64,000 nucleotides of DNA from Candidatus Doudnabacteria bacterium RIFCSPHIGHO2_02_FULL_42_25 (GCA_001777665.1 MFEQ01000003.1:11258-75257); one strand, 5' to 3'. Numbered from the stretch's first letter, positions 19,764-29,442 are shown. Translations and numbers: made by a program. Notes: generated by a model not told the origin, from the letters alone.

Positions 19764-20432
19764 ATGGCTAGAAACGATAAACATTTAGCACTGCTATTAA
19801 GAAAATCTGGGAAAAGTTATGGTTTTATAAGTCGAGAGTTGCAAATTCCCAAAAGCACTTTATCAGAATGGTTTAGTGGTCTTAAGTGGTCAGGTATTGT
19901 AAAAAATAAACTTATCACAAAGGCCAACTTGCTAGCACAAAAGCGGATGCGTTTAATGGCGAAAGCTAATCAAAAACGCTGGCTAGATTGGAGAGCAGGA
20001 TATCGGTTACAAGCTATAGAAGAATTTGAGCTATTGAAGAATAACCCTTTATTTATCTCGGGTGTAATGCTTTATTGGGCAGAGGGAGATAATGGTAAAA
20101 AAAGTAGTAATGTTCGACTAGCCAATATTGATCCACGAATGATCCGAATTTTTATCAAATTCGCTTTAAAGATTTGCAAAGTTTCAAAAGCAAATATTAG
20201 AATCGGTTTGATTTTATATCCTGATTTAAAGGATACAGTATGCAAAAGTTTTTGGAGTAAATATTTAAAAATACCTATCGTTCAGTTTCATAAAACTCAA
20301 GTGATTAAAGGGAATCATCCTACAAAAAGACTCGAATACGGCATTTGTATGGTCAGAATTGGTGGAGCAGGACTAAAGGAAAAAATAAAAGTTTGGATAG
20401 ATCTATGTTCAAAAGAAATTATGCGGGTATAG
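19764..20432 (+). CDS. HTH plus LAGLIDADG-like endonuclease-family protein
   Basis: N-terminal HTH (GKSYGFISRELQIPKSTLSEW); GVMLYWAEG motif; stop codon overlaps tRNA-Gly. Confidence 0.65.
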   Translation: MARNDKHLALLLRKSGKSYGFISRELQIPKSTLSEWFSGLKWSGIVKNKLITKANLLAQKRMRLMAKANQKRWLDWRAGYRLQAIEEFELLKNNPLFISGVMLYWAEGDNGKKSSNVRLANIDPRMIRIFIKFALKICKVSKANIRIGLILYPDLKDTVCKSFWSKYLKIPIVQFHKTQVIKGNHPTKRLEYGICMVRIGGAGLKEKIKVWIDLCSKEIMRV

Positions 20433-20496
20433 TATAGGGGTAATACACTTGCTTGCCAAGCAAGACAGGCGGGTTCGAGTCCCGCTACCCGCTCCA
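20423..20496 (+). tRNA. tRNA-Gly(GCC)
   Basis: CTTGC-TTGCCAA-GCAAG; TCCA end. Confidence 0.95.
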
Positions 20497-20625
20497 ACAA
20501 AGGCACTCAATGTTTCATTGGGTGTTTTTGTTTACAGGTAATAATAATTAGAACCGAAGCTAAATAATGGCATAGTAGGATGTGCTAAGTCGCTTTGCTA
20601 AGAACTTTCTGATAAACTATGAAAT

Positions 20626-21459
20626 ATGCCAGATAAATATAATCCAACTGAAGATGAAATGAAAGCTGCAGAAGCGATGCTGACTGATGAGCAGAGAGCA
20701 ATGTCAGAGGAAAGAGAAAATGATATAGAAAAATTTAAGCCAGTTCCTATTGTAAAAGTTAGTGAACTAATAAAAGGAATAAACACCGAAAATCTGCCAG
20801 ATGACTTGGAGGGACAAGCTAAGATAAATATGACGAAGATTAGAGAATTGGGACTAAACGAGGGGGGTGATTCAACATCACCATTCACTGATAGCCTAAC
20901 CGCCTCTTTTTCCGCAGACCTAGAAAGCATTTATAAAGGTGAAAGAAAAATGAAAGAATTATTCAGTGACTGGAAAGACCAAATTGTTGTAGACTTAGGT
21001 GCAGGAAGTTATCCATCGGCTTATCATATTGCAGGGAAATATAAAGCCAAAGGATTTGTAGCTGTTGAAGCATTTCATCCTCATAATTTAGCAAGCTATT
21101 TTTCACGAGCACAGAACCCCTATGACCGTTCAGATAAAAGCGGAATTAACAAACACTCATATTGGTATAGGTTTCCTGAAAGAATTCCTGTGGCTATCGT
21201 GCCAGAGGATATGTTGTCTTTCCTGAAAAGATTGCCAGATAATTCTGTAAGTGTTTATGCGGGTAATATTGATTTAGACTTAATACCTCGGAAATATCAT
21301 AATCAGGTCGCAGCAGAAATTGCCAGAGTTTTAGACCCTAATGGCTCATTTGTTTCAGCAGGGTCTGATTTTCACTTGGATAAAGACAATGATTTTTCAG
21401 TTGACCATTTTTCACAAGGTAGCGGTGGATATGATATAGATATTTTTAAAAAAAAGTGA
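20626..21459 (+). CDS. Hypothetical protein with class I SAM-methyltransferase-like motifs
   Basis: VVDLGAG, LPDNSVS, EIARVLDPNG. Confidence 0.6.
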   Translation: MPDKYNPTEDEMKAAEAMLTDEQRAMSEERENDIEKFKPVPIVKVSELIKGINTENLPDDLEGQAKINMTKIRELGLNEGGDSTSPFTDSLTASFSADLESIYKGERKMKELFSDWKDQIVVDLGAGSYPSAYHIAGKYKAKGFVAVEAFHPHNLASYFSRAQNPYDRSDKSGINKHSYWYRFPERIPVAIVPEDMLSFLKRLPDNSVSVYAGNIDLDLIPRKYHNQVAAEIARVLDPNGSFVSAGSDFHLDKDNDFSVDHFSQGSGGYDIDIFKKK

Positions 21460-21529
21460 AAGAACAATCTTAGTAATGCGGGCAGCCATTTTTAATTGAT
21501 TTTAGCTGTTTCCAATGTTAGGCTTGGGA

Positions 21530-21625
21530 TAAAGAAGCGGTCGGCAGTGGTCTGCCAATAGGTTCTAACGTTCTCCACTAACCCGCTCAAAGAAAAAACT
21601 CCACTTAGTGTGGAGTTTTTTCTTT
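21530..21625 (+). ncRNA. Candidate small structured RNA or attenuator with its own promoter and terminator
   Basis: TTGATT-17-TAGGCT promoter; AGCGG/CCGCT, GGCAG/CTGCC and AGTGG/CCACT pairings; strong terminator at 21589-21625. Confidence 0.5.
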
Positions 21626-21697
21626 GTAAAGTTATGTTACGATCCCTAAGACATTTTAACAATTGCCAAATAGCTTCTGAAAAGCTATTGTTACCAT

Positions 21698-22048
21698 ATG
21701 TTAAACATAATATTAATTTTAATCTTGGGCTTACTAGTCACTTTTTTTGCGATTCAAAATAGCGCCATAGTTACCATCAAACTTGGGAACTATAGTTTTG
21801 ACCAAGTGCCTCAATATCTGGTCATTATTTTGTCCTTAATTTTAGGATTCCTTATTTCTTGGCTTTTAAGCTTAGTTGATTTTATTTCTTCTTGGTTTAA
21901 GATTTTTGGTAAAGATAGAAAAATCAATGAAAGTAAAATAATCGTGACGGACTTAAAGAATAAAATTCATGAACTGGAAATTGAAAATGTGCAGTTGAAG
22001 GAAAGAATCAAAACTGCACCTTTCAAGGGCCCGACACATCAGGTCTAA
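21698..22048 (+). CDS. LapA-family small membrane protein
   Basis: FAIQNS motif between two TM helices; coiled-coil tail. Confidence 0.8.
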   Translation: MLNIILILILGLLVTFFAIQNSAIVTIKLGNYSFDQVPQYLVIILSLILGFLISWLLSLVDFISSWFKIFGKDRKINESKIIVTDLKNKIHELEIENVQLKERIKTAPFKGPTHQV

Positions 22049-22087
22049 AAAGCCTCTCTGCCTCACCGATATAAAATATCAGGAACC

Positions 22088-22873
22088 CTAAAATTTTCTC
22101 TCTTTGCCGACGATCATTTTTAGGGCTTTTGGTAATAGCTCTATGGTCGCTGGAGTTTTGGCGACTATTTTTCCGTTGAGTGTCAGCGGCAATCCTTCTG
22201 GTAGAACTAGTTCCATTTTCATCACATGCAAAACCGATGTCAGAGCTATTTGCTCATAATATTTAGCCTTCAGGATTCGACGTTTGAGAAAAGCCGTGAC
22301 TTTGGAAATTGATGGCATTAATAGAACGTCCAGTACCCCATCTGTCGGATCCCCGATTTTGCTGTAAGATTCATTATATCTCATGTTTATAATCGCACCG
22401 AGTGTGAAATTCTGGCGAGCTTGGAATCGATCATCAGCTCGAAAACTAATTTCAGAAAGAGTTTCAGCGTCACCCAGAGCTATTTGAGTTAGAAATAAAT
22501 ATTCATTAACCATAGCTAGATCGATAGATTCGACTCGCCGGAAAGCAATGGTTTGCGCTGCTTGCGGGATATCTTTGATCCCGAGGATTTTGGCAATTTC
22601 ACTATCCACCAGGGGGATAAAGCCTATGACCATATCACGTCTGCCAACGGCGTTGATAACTTCATGGAGTGTCGCTTCACTCCCTACCGCCACTATTGTT
22701 TTTGCTTCGTGGGCAAATGCATTTTCGACTAATTGGGGAATGGTTCGGACTCCAGTTGCTCGCACGACTTCGCCAGAAATTCGAAATTCAGACAAAGACG
22801 AGTACAAAATACTTTGTACTCGTTCAAATTCTTTTTGTGTTAGTTGTTCTGGATCAACGATATAGTAGTACAT
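22088..22873 (-). CDS. Diacylglycerol-kinase-like protein
   Basis: IVAVGSEATLHEVIN, GFIP, DGVLDV. Confidence 0.8.
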   Translation of the reverse strand: MYYYIVDPEQLTQKEFERVQSILYSSLSEFRISGEVVRATGVRTIPQLVENAFAHEAKTIVAVGSEATLHEVINAVGRRDMVIGFIPLVDSEIAKILGIKDIPQAAQTIAFRRVESIDLAMVNEYLFLTQIALGDAETLSEISFRADDRFQARQNFTLGAIINMRYNESYSKIGDPTDGVLDVLLMPSISKVTAFLKRRILKAKYYEQIALTSVLHVMKMELVLPEGLPLTLNGKIVAKTPATIELLPKALKMIVGKERKF

Positions 22874-22874
22874 A

Positions 22875-23237
22875 TCATTCCTGCGGTTCCATTATCGGTA
22901 GCTTTGGTTCATTCATCTTACACGCACCAGAAAAGTATGCACCTTCTCTGACACTAAGCGTGCCACAACTGATGTTGCCGATAATTTTTCCGGTTTCGAG
23001 AATCATCAATGCACCTTTCACGATAACATTGCCTTGAATAGTGCCGGCGATGGTAGCATTTGCTGCATTCACATCAGCTTCGATTCTTGCATTTGGACCG
23101 ATCATTAGATCACGACTGGTTTGGACTTTGCCATGAACCACGCCATCTATACTTATATTGCCATTCGATTTCAACTCTCCTTCAATCCGCATTGAAGATG
23201 AGACGACGGTATCTGGATGTTCTTGAATCTTGGCCAT
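22875..23237 (-). CDS. Bactofilin (polymer-forming cytoskeletal protein)
   Basis: Beta-helix repeats IEGEL..IDGVVHG..GAYFSGACKM. Confidence 0.92.
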   Translation of the reverse strand: MAKIQEHPDTVVSSSMRIEGELKSNGNISIDGVVHGKVQTSRDLMIGPNARIEADVNAANATIAGTIQGNVIVKGALMILETGKIIGNISCGTLSVREGAYFSGACKMNEPKLPIMEPQE

Positions 23238-23701
23238 TATTTTGCTTTTTTAATTGCTTCTACTTCTTCTTCAGTGAGTTGTGATTCAGATAATCCGCTT
23301 CGAACTACTTTTGCGTAAACTCTAGTTCCATCACGACCATGTAATGAGGAAAGCACAAATCCATCATTGTGTGAATTCAGCAGAGCTAAAGCAAAACTGA
23401 TATTGCCACCTGCATCATCAAACGGATTAAATCGGATAAAACCAATTTTTTGAAAATTTTGGGTGTTGTCTTTCTGGCCTTGAGCGATTTCTTTTTCGAT
23501 TTGTCGAATGTCTTTATTGATAATACTGATGGAGCGGTTTTGCTCGACTAAAATTTGCTCCAAATCTTTCTTGATTCCAGAAGAAAAAAATTCTTTTCGG
23601 ACTTGGTTGAGCTTGGTCACCCTGATCACTAACCAAATTACAGCCAATAGCAACAAGCCGGATAAACCTAGCGATAAATATAGCAAATTTGTCTCATTCA
23701 T
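23237..23701 (-). CDS. DUF4446-family membrane protein
   Basis: QKIGFIRFNPFDDAGGNISFALALLN. Confidence 0.85.
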   Translation of the reverse strand: MNETNLLYLSLGLSGLLLLAVIWLVIRVTKLNQVRKEFFSSGIKKDLEQILVEQNRSISIINKDIRQIEKEIAQGQKDNTQNFQKIGFIRFNPFDDAGGNISFALALLNSHNDGFVLSSLHGRDGTRVYAKVVRSGLSESQLTEEEVEAIKKAK

Positions 23702-23723
23702 GCCGACATTATATACTAATGCA

Positions 23724-23894
23724 ATGGATATAGTAAATCAACGGGAACAAGAAGAGTACGACCAGGTTCGCAGAGATTTGATTTTTGTGGTCACTATGAA
23801 CGCAATTTTCTTTGCGATTTTGATCGGACTTTATTTCTTCAATCGTTCGACTGGTTCAGTCGACCAATTCTTCGCCCAAGTTCTGAAATTTTAA
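23724..23894 (+). CDS. Small single-TM protein
   Basis: MDIVNQ..DLIFVVTMNAIFFAILIGLYF; divergent from the DUF4446 gene. Confidence 0.6.
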   Translation: MDIVNQREQEEYDQVRRDLIFVVTMNAIFFAILIGLYFFNRSTGSVDQFFAQVLKF

Positions 23895-23899
23895 TCTGA

Positions 23900-23970
23900 G
23901 GGCTTATGGTCCAGTGGTAAGACGCCACATTCGCATTGTGGAGACGTGGGTTCGATTCCCGCTAAGTCCA
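23900..23970 (+). tRNA. tRNA-Ala(CGC), CCA not encoded
   Basis: CCACA-TTCGCAT-TGTGG; G3.U70 pair. Confidence 0.9.
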
Positions 23971-24033
23971 AAGCAGTAGATTTGGTTCAAATATGTATGG
24001 ATTCCATTTGAGGTCTGTGGTATAAAAACAAAC

Positions 24034-24963
24034 ATGAAAATGAAAAATTTCAAACTCAAGAAATATTTACCGAACACCAAGGCCAGTGCGATTATTCTTG
24101 CGTGTTTTTTAATACTCGGCCTTTGGCAGCAGACTCGTTCGAGTTGGAGTGCAACTCTAATCCATCTCAATCGCCTCCTCAATAAAAATATTTTTCAATC
24201 GGGCGCTGTAAATGGCCATGCGATCACGACCAGACTAGATGTCCCATTCCATCGCCAAGAGCATTCGCTTAGCTGTGAAATTGCAGCACTAAAGATGGCG
24301 CTATCTGCTTATGGGTTAGACATTCCTGAATCAGAATTGATCGACAGGATGCCATTTGGTCCCATGAACTCTGATCCGAACGAAGTGTTTGTTGGTAATA
24401 TTGATGGGCGCATGCCAACTACCGGGTATGGAGTTTATTGGTCACCGATTGCCAAAGTCGGCAATGCTTATTTGCGCTCAGAAATTTTTCAAGCATCGCC
24501 AGCTACTGTCGCGGAACACATCAATGCCGGTCGCCCCATAGTCATGTGGGGATACTTCGGCCGTGGCAGTAGAATTGATTGGACAACTCCAGAGGGCAAA
24601 AGGATCCCAGCGGTGATGGGTGAACATGCCCGAACGATTATTGGTTTTAGTGGTGATATCGATGCTCCAGATGGGTTTGTGGTCATGGACCCGATCTACG
24701 GTGAACAATTCTGGTCCACATCTGATCTATTTAGTAATTGGTTACCATTTGATAAAATGGGAGTAGTCATCTATCCCCATAGCAAATGGGTCAGAATTGA
24801 GGGAAGTCCGACAATTTGGGAAATTTCCTCTGATGCCAAGATTAAATACCCTCTAGCTATGAATTGGGCCCGATTTCTCGAATATGGCGGAGTCCCCGAT
24901 GGAGTAAAGCTTATCTCAAGTCAGGAATTAAGCACTATGACCAATGGTTTCTTGATTTACTAA
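24034..24963 (+). CDS. Peptidase C39-like protein
   Basis: LDVPFHRQEHSLSCEIAAL, EHARTIIG, MDP. Confidence 0.85.
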   Translation: MKMKNFKLKKYLPNTKASAIILACFLILGLWQQTRSSWSATLIHLNRLLNKNIFQSGAVNGHAITTRLDVPFHRQEHSLSCEIAALKMALSAYGLDIPESELIDRMPFGPMNSDPNEVFVGNIDGRMPTTGYGVYWSPIAKVGNAYLRSEIFQASPATVAEHINAGRPIVMWGYFGRGSRIDWTTPEGKRIPAVMGEHARTIIGFSGDIDAPDGFVVMDPIYGEQFWSTSDLFSNWLPFDKMGVVIYPHSKWVRIEGSPTIWEISSDAKIKYPLAMNWARFLEYGGVPDGVKLISSQELSTMTNGFLIY

Positions 24964-24969
24964 CCCCCT

Positions 24970-25692
24970 ATGAAACGATTAATTTTTATTATTCTACTTG
25001 GTATCGCTGCTGCGGCCGGTTTTAACTATTATCAGAATATGAGGGGTTCGAATGTCGATTTACCCAAGCCTAAACCATATACCACTCCAAATCCAGCTAT
25101 TCCACCACCGACGACTTTGCCTGTGGAAATCAATCTCAAAGTCCCCTTCACTTCTCAAGCTCCACACGCGAACTGGGAAGATCCTTACGGAGAATTTTGT
25201 GAAGAAGCGTCAGCTTTAATGGCGGCGTTTTATTTGCAAAATAAATCGATCGCATCTGCGAATCTGGCTGATCAGGAATTACTGAAAATAAAAGCGTTTG
25301 AAGAGGGTTGGTTTGGTTATTACAAAGACACCACAGCCAAAGAAACTATGACAATTTTGAAAGAGTATTTTGGGATTTCTGATTCCAAGTTAGAATTGAT
25401 ATATCGCCCAAGTTCCACTCAAATGAAAGAATTTCTTGCCGAAGGCAAAATTATTCTTGTCCCAGCAGCTGGAAGATTACTCCCCAACCCGAATTATCGA
25501 TCCCCTGGCCCTCTTTATCACATGATTGTAGTCAAGGGCTATACCAAAGATGACCAGTTTATCACGAATGATCCGGGCACTAGAAATGGTGCAGATTTCT
25601 TATTTGATTATAATGATGTCTTAAATGCCATGCACGATTGGAATGGCGGCGATGTCATGTTTGGCGACAAAGTGATTATCGTTGTCGGATAA
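24970..25692 (+). CDS. Peptidase C39-like protein
   Basis: VPFTSQAP..CEEAS, YHMIVVKGY, NDPGT. Confidence 0.85.
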   Translation: MKRLIFIILLGIAAAAGFNYYQNMRGSNVDLPKPKPYTTPNPAIPPPTTLPVEINLKVPFTSQAPHANWEDPYGEFCEEASALMAAFYLQNKSIASANLADQELLKIKAFEEGWFGYYKDTTAKETMTILKEYFGISDSKLELIYRPSSTQMKEFLAEGKIILVPAAGRLLPNPNYRSPGPLYHMIVVKGYTKDDQFITNDPGTRNGADFLFDYNDVLNAMHDWNGGDVMFGDKVIIVVG

Positions 25693-26962
25693 TTTCTCTT
25701 ACAATTTTTCTATCATCCCACGGAATATAGCCGTCCTTCACGGCTATTTTTTGTTCAGCACCTTTGCCTGTGAGAATTATTAAATCATTTTCTTGGGCCA
25801 GCGAAATTGCTTTCATAATTGCTTGGCGCCGATCTAAAATTTTAAAAAGATTTTGATCCAGAATTTTATTTTTTTCTAAAGCCCCAGCAGCCACATCATC
25901 AATAATTTTTCGCGGATCATCATTGTATGGATCTTCGTTAGTGACGATGACTGTATCAGCATTCTCGCCAGCTATGTTGCCGAGAATTTTTCGTCGATCT
26001 ATGTCTCGCCCGCCACCAGTGGAACCAAGTACATGAATAATTTTTGCATGTTGCCAGTTTTGTACTGTGGCGTACATTTGTGTCAATCCGATCGGTTCTG
26101 GTGCATAGTCGACTAAGACTTTGAAATTCTGTCCTTCATCGATTAGTTCCATTCGTCCAGGTATCCCCGGAATTTTTTCCAATGCGGATTTAGAAGTTGC
26201 CAAATCGATGTCAAAAATCTTAGCAGTAGTTATAGCAGCTAGTGAATTATAAATATCAAAAAGACCTTTTAAATGCAGGTTAAAATCAACATTTTCAAAA
26301 GTGAAACCAATCCCCGCTTCGGTATTATTTATATTCCTCAATCCGTGTCTACTAAACGTAATTTTTTTATCCACTCGGAAGTTTAAAAATTCTTGCGCAT
26401 ACAGATCGTCAGCATTGACCACGATCGCTTTTGGAATTTTTTTGTTGTCTATAATTTTTTCAGGCAAATTTTCTAAGTAGTGAAAGTATTCAAGTTTCGC
26501 CGCTTTATATTTTTCAAATCCACCGTGAGCTTGGAGATGTTCCGGTGTGAGGTTGGTAAAGACCATGCAATCATATGCTACACCAATCTGTCGGTGCTGC
26601 AAAATTCCTTCAGAGGACGATTCTATAATCATGAACTGACAACCGGTCGTAACTGCTTGGCGCATCAAGTGTTGGAGAAATAATCTACCAGGCATAGTCA
26701 TTTTTAGATTGTTCAACTTATCATCATCCCCTACTTTAAAGTTGACTGTGGAACTAATCGCAGTTTTGTACCCTGCTTCTTCTAAAATTTTTGAAATTAA
26801 ATTTACTGTCGTACTTTTTCCGTTCGTGCCAGTGACCCCGATCACAATTAAATTCTTCGATGGATGACCATATGCCAGCGCAGCCAAATTCGCCAATACT
26901 AAATGGTAGATACTTAGTAAAGAATTCGGAACAAATAGTTTAATGAAGTTCTTGAGTGTCAT
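25676..26962 (-). CDS. murE: UDP-N-acetylmuramoyl-tripeptide synthetase (MurE-like)
   Basis: GVTGTNGKST, FTNLTPEHL, PGRME, DYA, GKGAE. Confidence 0.9.
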   Translation of the reverse strand: MTLKNFIKLFVPNSLLSIYHLVLANLAALAYGHPSKNLIVIGVTGTNGKSTTVNLISKILEEAGYKTAISSTVNFKVGDDDKLNNLKMTMPGRLFLQHLMRQAVTTGCQFMIIESSSEGILQHRQIGVAYDCMVFTNLTPEHLQAHGGFEKYKAAKLEYFHYLENLPEKIIDNKKIPKAIVVNADDLYAQEFLNFRVDKKITFSRHGLRNINNTEAGIGFTFENVDFNLHLKGLFDIYNSLAAITTAKIFDIDLATSKSALEKIPGIPGRMELIDEGQNFKVLVDYAPEPIGLTQMYATVQNWQHAKIIHVLGSTGGGRDIDRRKILGNIAGENADTVIVTNEDPYNDDPRKIIDDVAAGALEKNKILDQNLFKILDRRQAIMKAISLAQENDLIILTGKGAEQKIAVKDGYIPWDDRKIVREIIRQR

Positions 26963-28265
26963 TTGTAATTTGTGATTTGTTATTTATGTTCGGCAGTGCT
27001 GCTAGCATTCCCAATACCACGCCGAACATTAGTCTTCCTTGTTGAATTGTAACAAAATAATGATCCATTTGTCCCAATGCTAAAAATAAAATGCCAAGCA
27101 ACGTCAAACTAAAAACTAATGGGTCAGAGAAAATATTTTTTAGTTTGGAAAAAATTTCGTAAAGGATCATTATAAATAATCCCAAACCGAGTACTCCTAG
27201 TTCTGCTGCGGTAAAAATAAAAATATTATGCGGTGGTTGATATTGCCAAGGTTGCATGTGAAACAAATCTTGTTGTGCAACTGTGTAATTCCCCACTCCC
27301 ACACCTAGTATCGGAAATTTTTTGATTATCTCCACCCCTTTATCATTGAAAAATTCTCTGTCAGTGACACTTCTTGGATCAGGATTATATATTCTTGATT
27401 CAAAACTCGAATTGTAAAGCAAAAATATAGTTACACATGAAACAAGTACTATAAAAAGAAGAAATCCTACTTTTCTTTTTTGGTCTCTTAGCCAAAAGAA
27501 TCCCATGAAACTAATTATAGAGATTCCTGAGGCTAGCCAAGCCATTCGTGAAAAGGATGTAAAAATCCCGATTAAGATAACAATAAGCACACCCTCAAGG
27601 GCAAAATGCCTTATTTTAGCCTTTTTTTGGTCAGATGTTTCCTGTGAAACAAAGAATAAGCCCAGGATAAGACCCAAAATTAGGAAAGCTCCTAAAATAT
27701 TTGGGTGAGGCATGGTTCCATAGGCACGGATCACCTTCCCACTAATAGTTTCAATGGTAGAGAGGCCAGCCGTGCCTAAAGGGGCAATATATTCCCCTAG
27801 CCAACCCAAACCAACCATATGTTGCATGTGAAACTGTGCCCATCCTAGTCCGGCTTGAAGCAATGCACCGATAAACAATATCCAAGCAGAAGCCTTAAAT
27901 GACAATGTTTCATTAAATGTTTCACGGATATATAGGATAATTCCGAGGAATTCTAGCCATTTGAATGTTCCATACCATCCAAGTTCCACATGTTTCACGT
28001 GAAAGAGGGTGACAATGATGAGTGAAACAAGTCCTAAACAAAGTAAGAACAGCCTTGATTGGACAAGTTTCGTGAAACTAGGACGGTCAAAGATAAGCCA
28101 ACTTGTGAAACAAGCGACAAGAATAATATCAGTTAGATATAAAAATATGGCTAAATGGTAATCAAAATACCATGAAACATAGGATTGGTCTGCGTTAAGC
28201 AGAATCCGAGTCTGAAACGGTAGAGTAAATAAGAATAAATAGAATAATAATCGATGAAGTTTCAT
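26940..28265 (-). CDS. O-antigen ligase family membrane protein carrying parS sites
   Basis: RAYGTMPHPNILG, SFSRMAW, PILGVGVGNY, PPHNIF. Confidence 0.85.
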   Translation of the reverse strand: MKLHRLLFYLFLFTLPFQTRILLNADQSYVSWYFDYHLAIFLYLTDIILVACFTSWLIFDRPSFTKLVQSRLFLLCLGLVSLIIVTLFHVKHVELGWYGTFKWLEFLGIILYIRETFNETLSFKASAWILFIGALLQAGLGWAQFHMQHMVGLGWLGEYIAPLGTAGLSTIETISGKVIRAYGTMPHPNILGAFLILGLILGLFFVSQETSDQKKAKIRHFALEGVLIVILIGIFTSFSRMAWLASGISIISFMGFFWLRDQKRKVGFLLFIVLVSCVTIFLLYNSSFESRIYNPDPRSVTDREFFNDKGVEIIKKFPILGVGVGNYTVAQQDLFHMQPWQYQPPHNIFIFTAAELGVLGLGLFIMILYEIFSKLKNIFSDPLVFSLTLLGILFLALGQMDHYFVTIQQGRLMFGVVLGMLAALPNINNKSQITNDTQELH

Positions 28266-28273
28266 GTGGAACT
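27250..28273. promoter_or_regulatory. Cluster of parS-like centromere sites
   Basis: 16-mers close to TGTTTCACGTGAAACA at 27250, 27429, 27636, 27820, 27991 and 28258, plus several half-sites. Confidence 0.8.
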
Positions 28274-28437
28274 ATATTAGACCATAAATTTGTTTAATTA
28301 TCAAGTTTATGGCTTAGTAAAGAGATCTGATTAAATTATAGAATAGTTTGTATTGATTGTCTGCGATTAACTATTGATTGGAGAATCTTTTTATGATAAC
28401 ATTTCCACACTGTCACAACAGAAAGGAGGGTAGAAAC

Positions 28438-28641
28438 GTGACTGACATTAGGCGAAAAAACAGCCTGTTCATACAGGGGCCTCTTATCTTGAATGATTCA
28501 CCAGACGCCGAACTCACTGCAGGCGAATGGATTGACATCCTTCTGGATGAGAAGGACAACCTTGTAGCCGAACAGGTATTCAAGGCTGCCGAACTGCTTT
28601 CCAAACTCACCCAGAAGCTTTCCACCGAACTTGCTGCCTGA
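28438..28641 (+). CDS. Small hypothetical protein
   Basis: AAGGAGG SD before GTG 28438. Confidence 0.55.
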   Translation: MTDIRRKNSLFIQGPLILNDSPDAELTAGEWIDILLDEKDNLVAEQVFKAAELLSKLTQKLSTELAA

Positions 28642-28800
28642 GGTCCAACATGTCACACGTCGTTCGCTCAACGCCAGACTGCCTACCGACAGGGAAAAAA
28701 CCCATTTTCTGCATGCTGCAGATTACCTGTCAACCAGTCTGGCGTTCTCTTGTCTGGAAATAAATTGAAATAAAAATTATAATTAAATCGTGATTAATAA

Positions 28801-28874
28801 CGGGGTGTCGTATACCGGTAGTACGCACGATTCGGGTTCGTGTAGACTGGGTTCAATTCCCAGCACCCCGACCA
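28801..28874 (+). tRNA. tRNA-Pro(CGG)
   Basis: CACGA-TTCGGGT-TCGTG; CCA. Confidence 0.95.
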
Positions 28875-29004
28875 GTAAACGCTCGGCATATTTGTAAAAA
28901 TTACCGGCCATAAAATTCTGCTGAATTTTTGGCCTACGCGCTCGCACCGTCGTGCTGCGCAAGTTAATTTATTACAAAAATGCCTCGCTACAGAAGTTTA
29001 ATGT

Positions 29005-29442
29005 ATGAAACAGGGATTTGATTTTATAGGGAATTCAGTAGTGTATTTTTGTCATGATGGGAAGGGGAATGTGGTTATGGCAAAAAGAAGTCAAAATGCT
29101 CGCGATGAAAAAGGACGGTGGGATATAGGTGGGGGAGCGTTGGAACTTTATGAAACAGTTGATCAAGCTCTGCGTAAAGAAATTAAAGAAGAATATAATT
29201 GTGAAGTTATAAGTTATGAGTTTATAGGTTTCCGTGAAGTCCATCGTGAGATTGACGGGCGAAAAACTCATTGGATTAGTTTAGATTTTAAAGTATTGGT
29301 TGATGTTTCAGATTTGAAAACCAATGAGCCGCATAAGTTTGATGAGGTGAAACTATTTCCGATTAGCGAAATGATACGCGAACCTGAACAGGTCCATTCG
29401 CAGCTCCCAGAGTTTTTAGAAAAGTATAAAGATAGATTGTAA
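29005..29442 (+). CDS. NUDIX hydrolase
   Basis: GGALELYETVDQALRKEIKEEYN Nudix box. Confidence 0.9.
   Translation: MKQGFDFIGNSVVYFCHDGKGNVVMAKRSQNARDEKGRWDIGGGALELYETVDQALRKEIKEEYNCEVISYEFIGFREVHREIDGRKTHWISLDFKVLVDVSDLKTNEPHKFDEVKLFPISEMIREPEQVHSQLPEFLEKYKDRL

Noticed and set aside
21536-21590. Fluoride riboswitch, twister or pistol ribozyme assignment
   Set aside because: Only a superficial resemblance; the conserved nucleotides of those families could not be placed, so it is left as unknown
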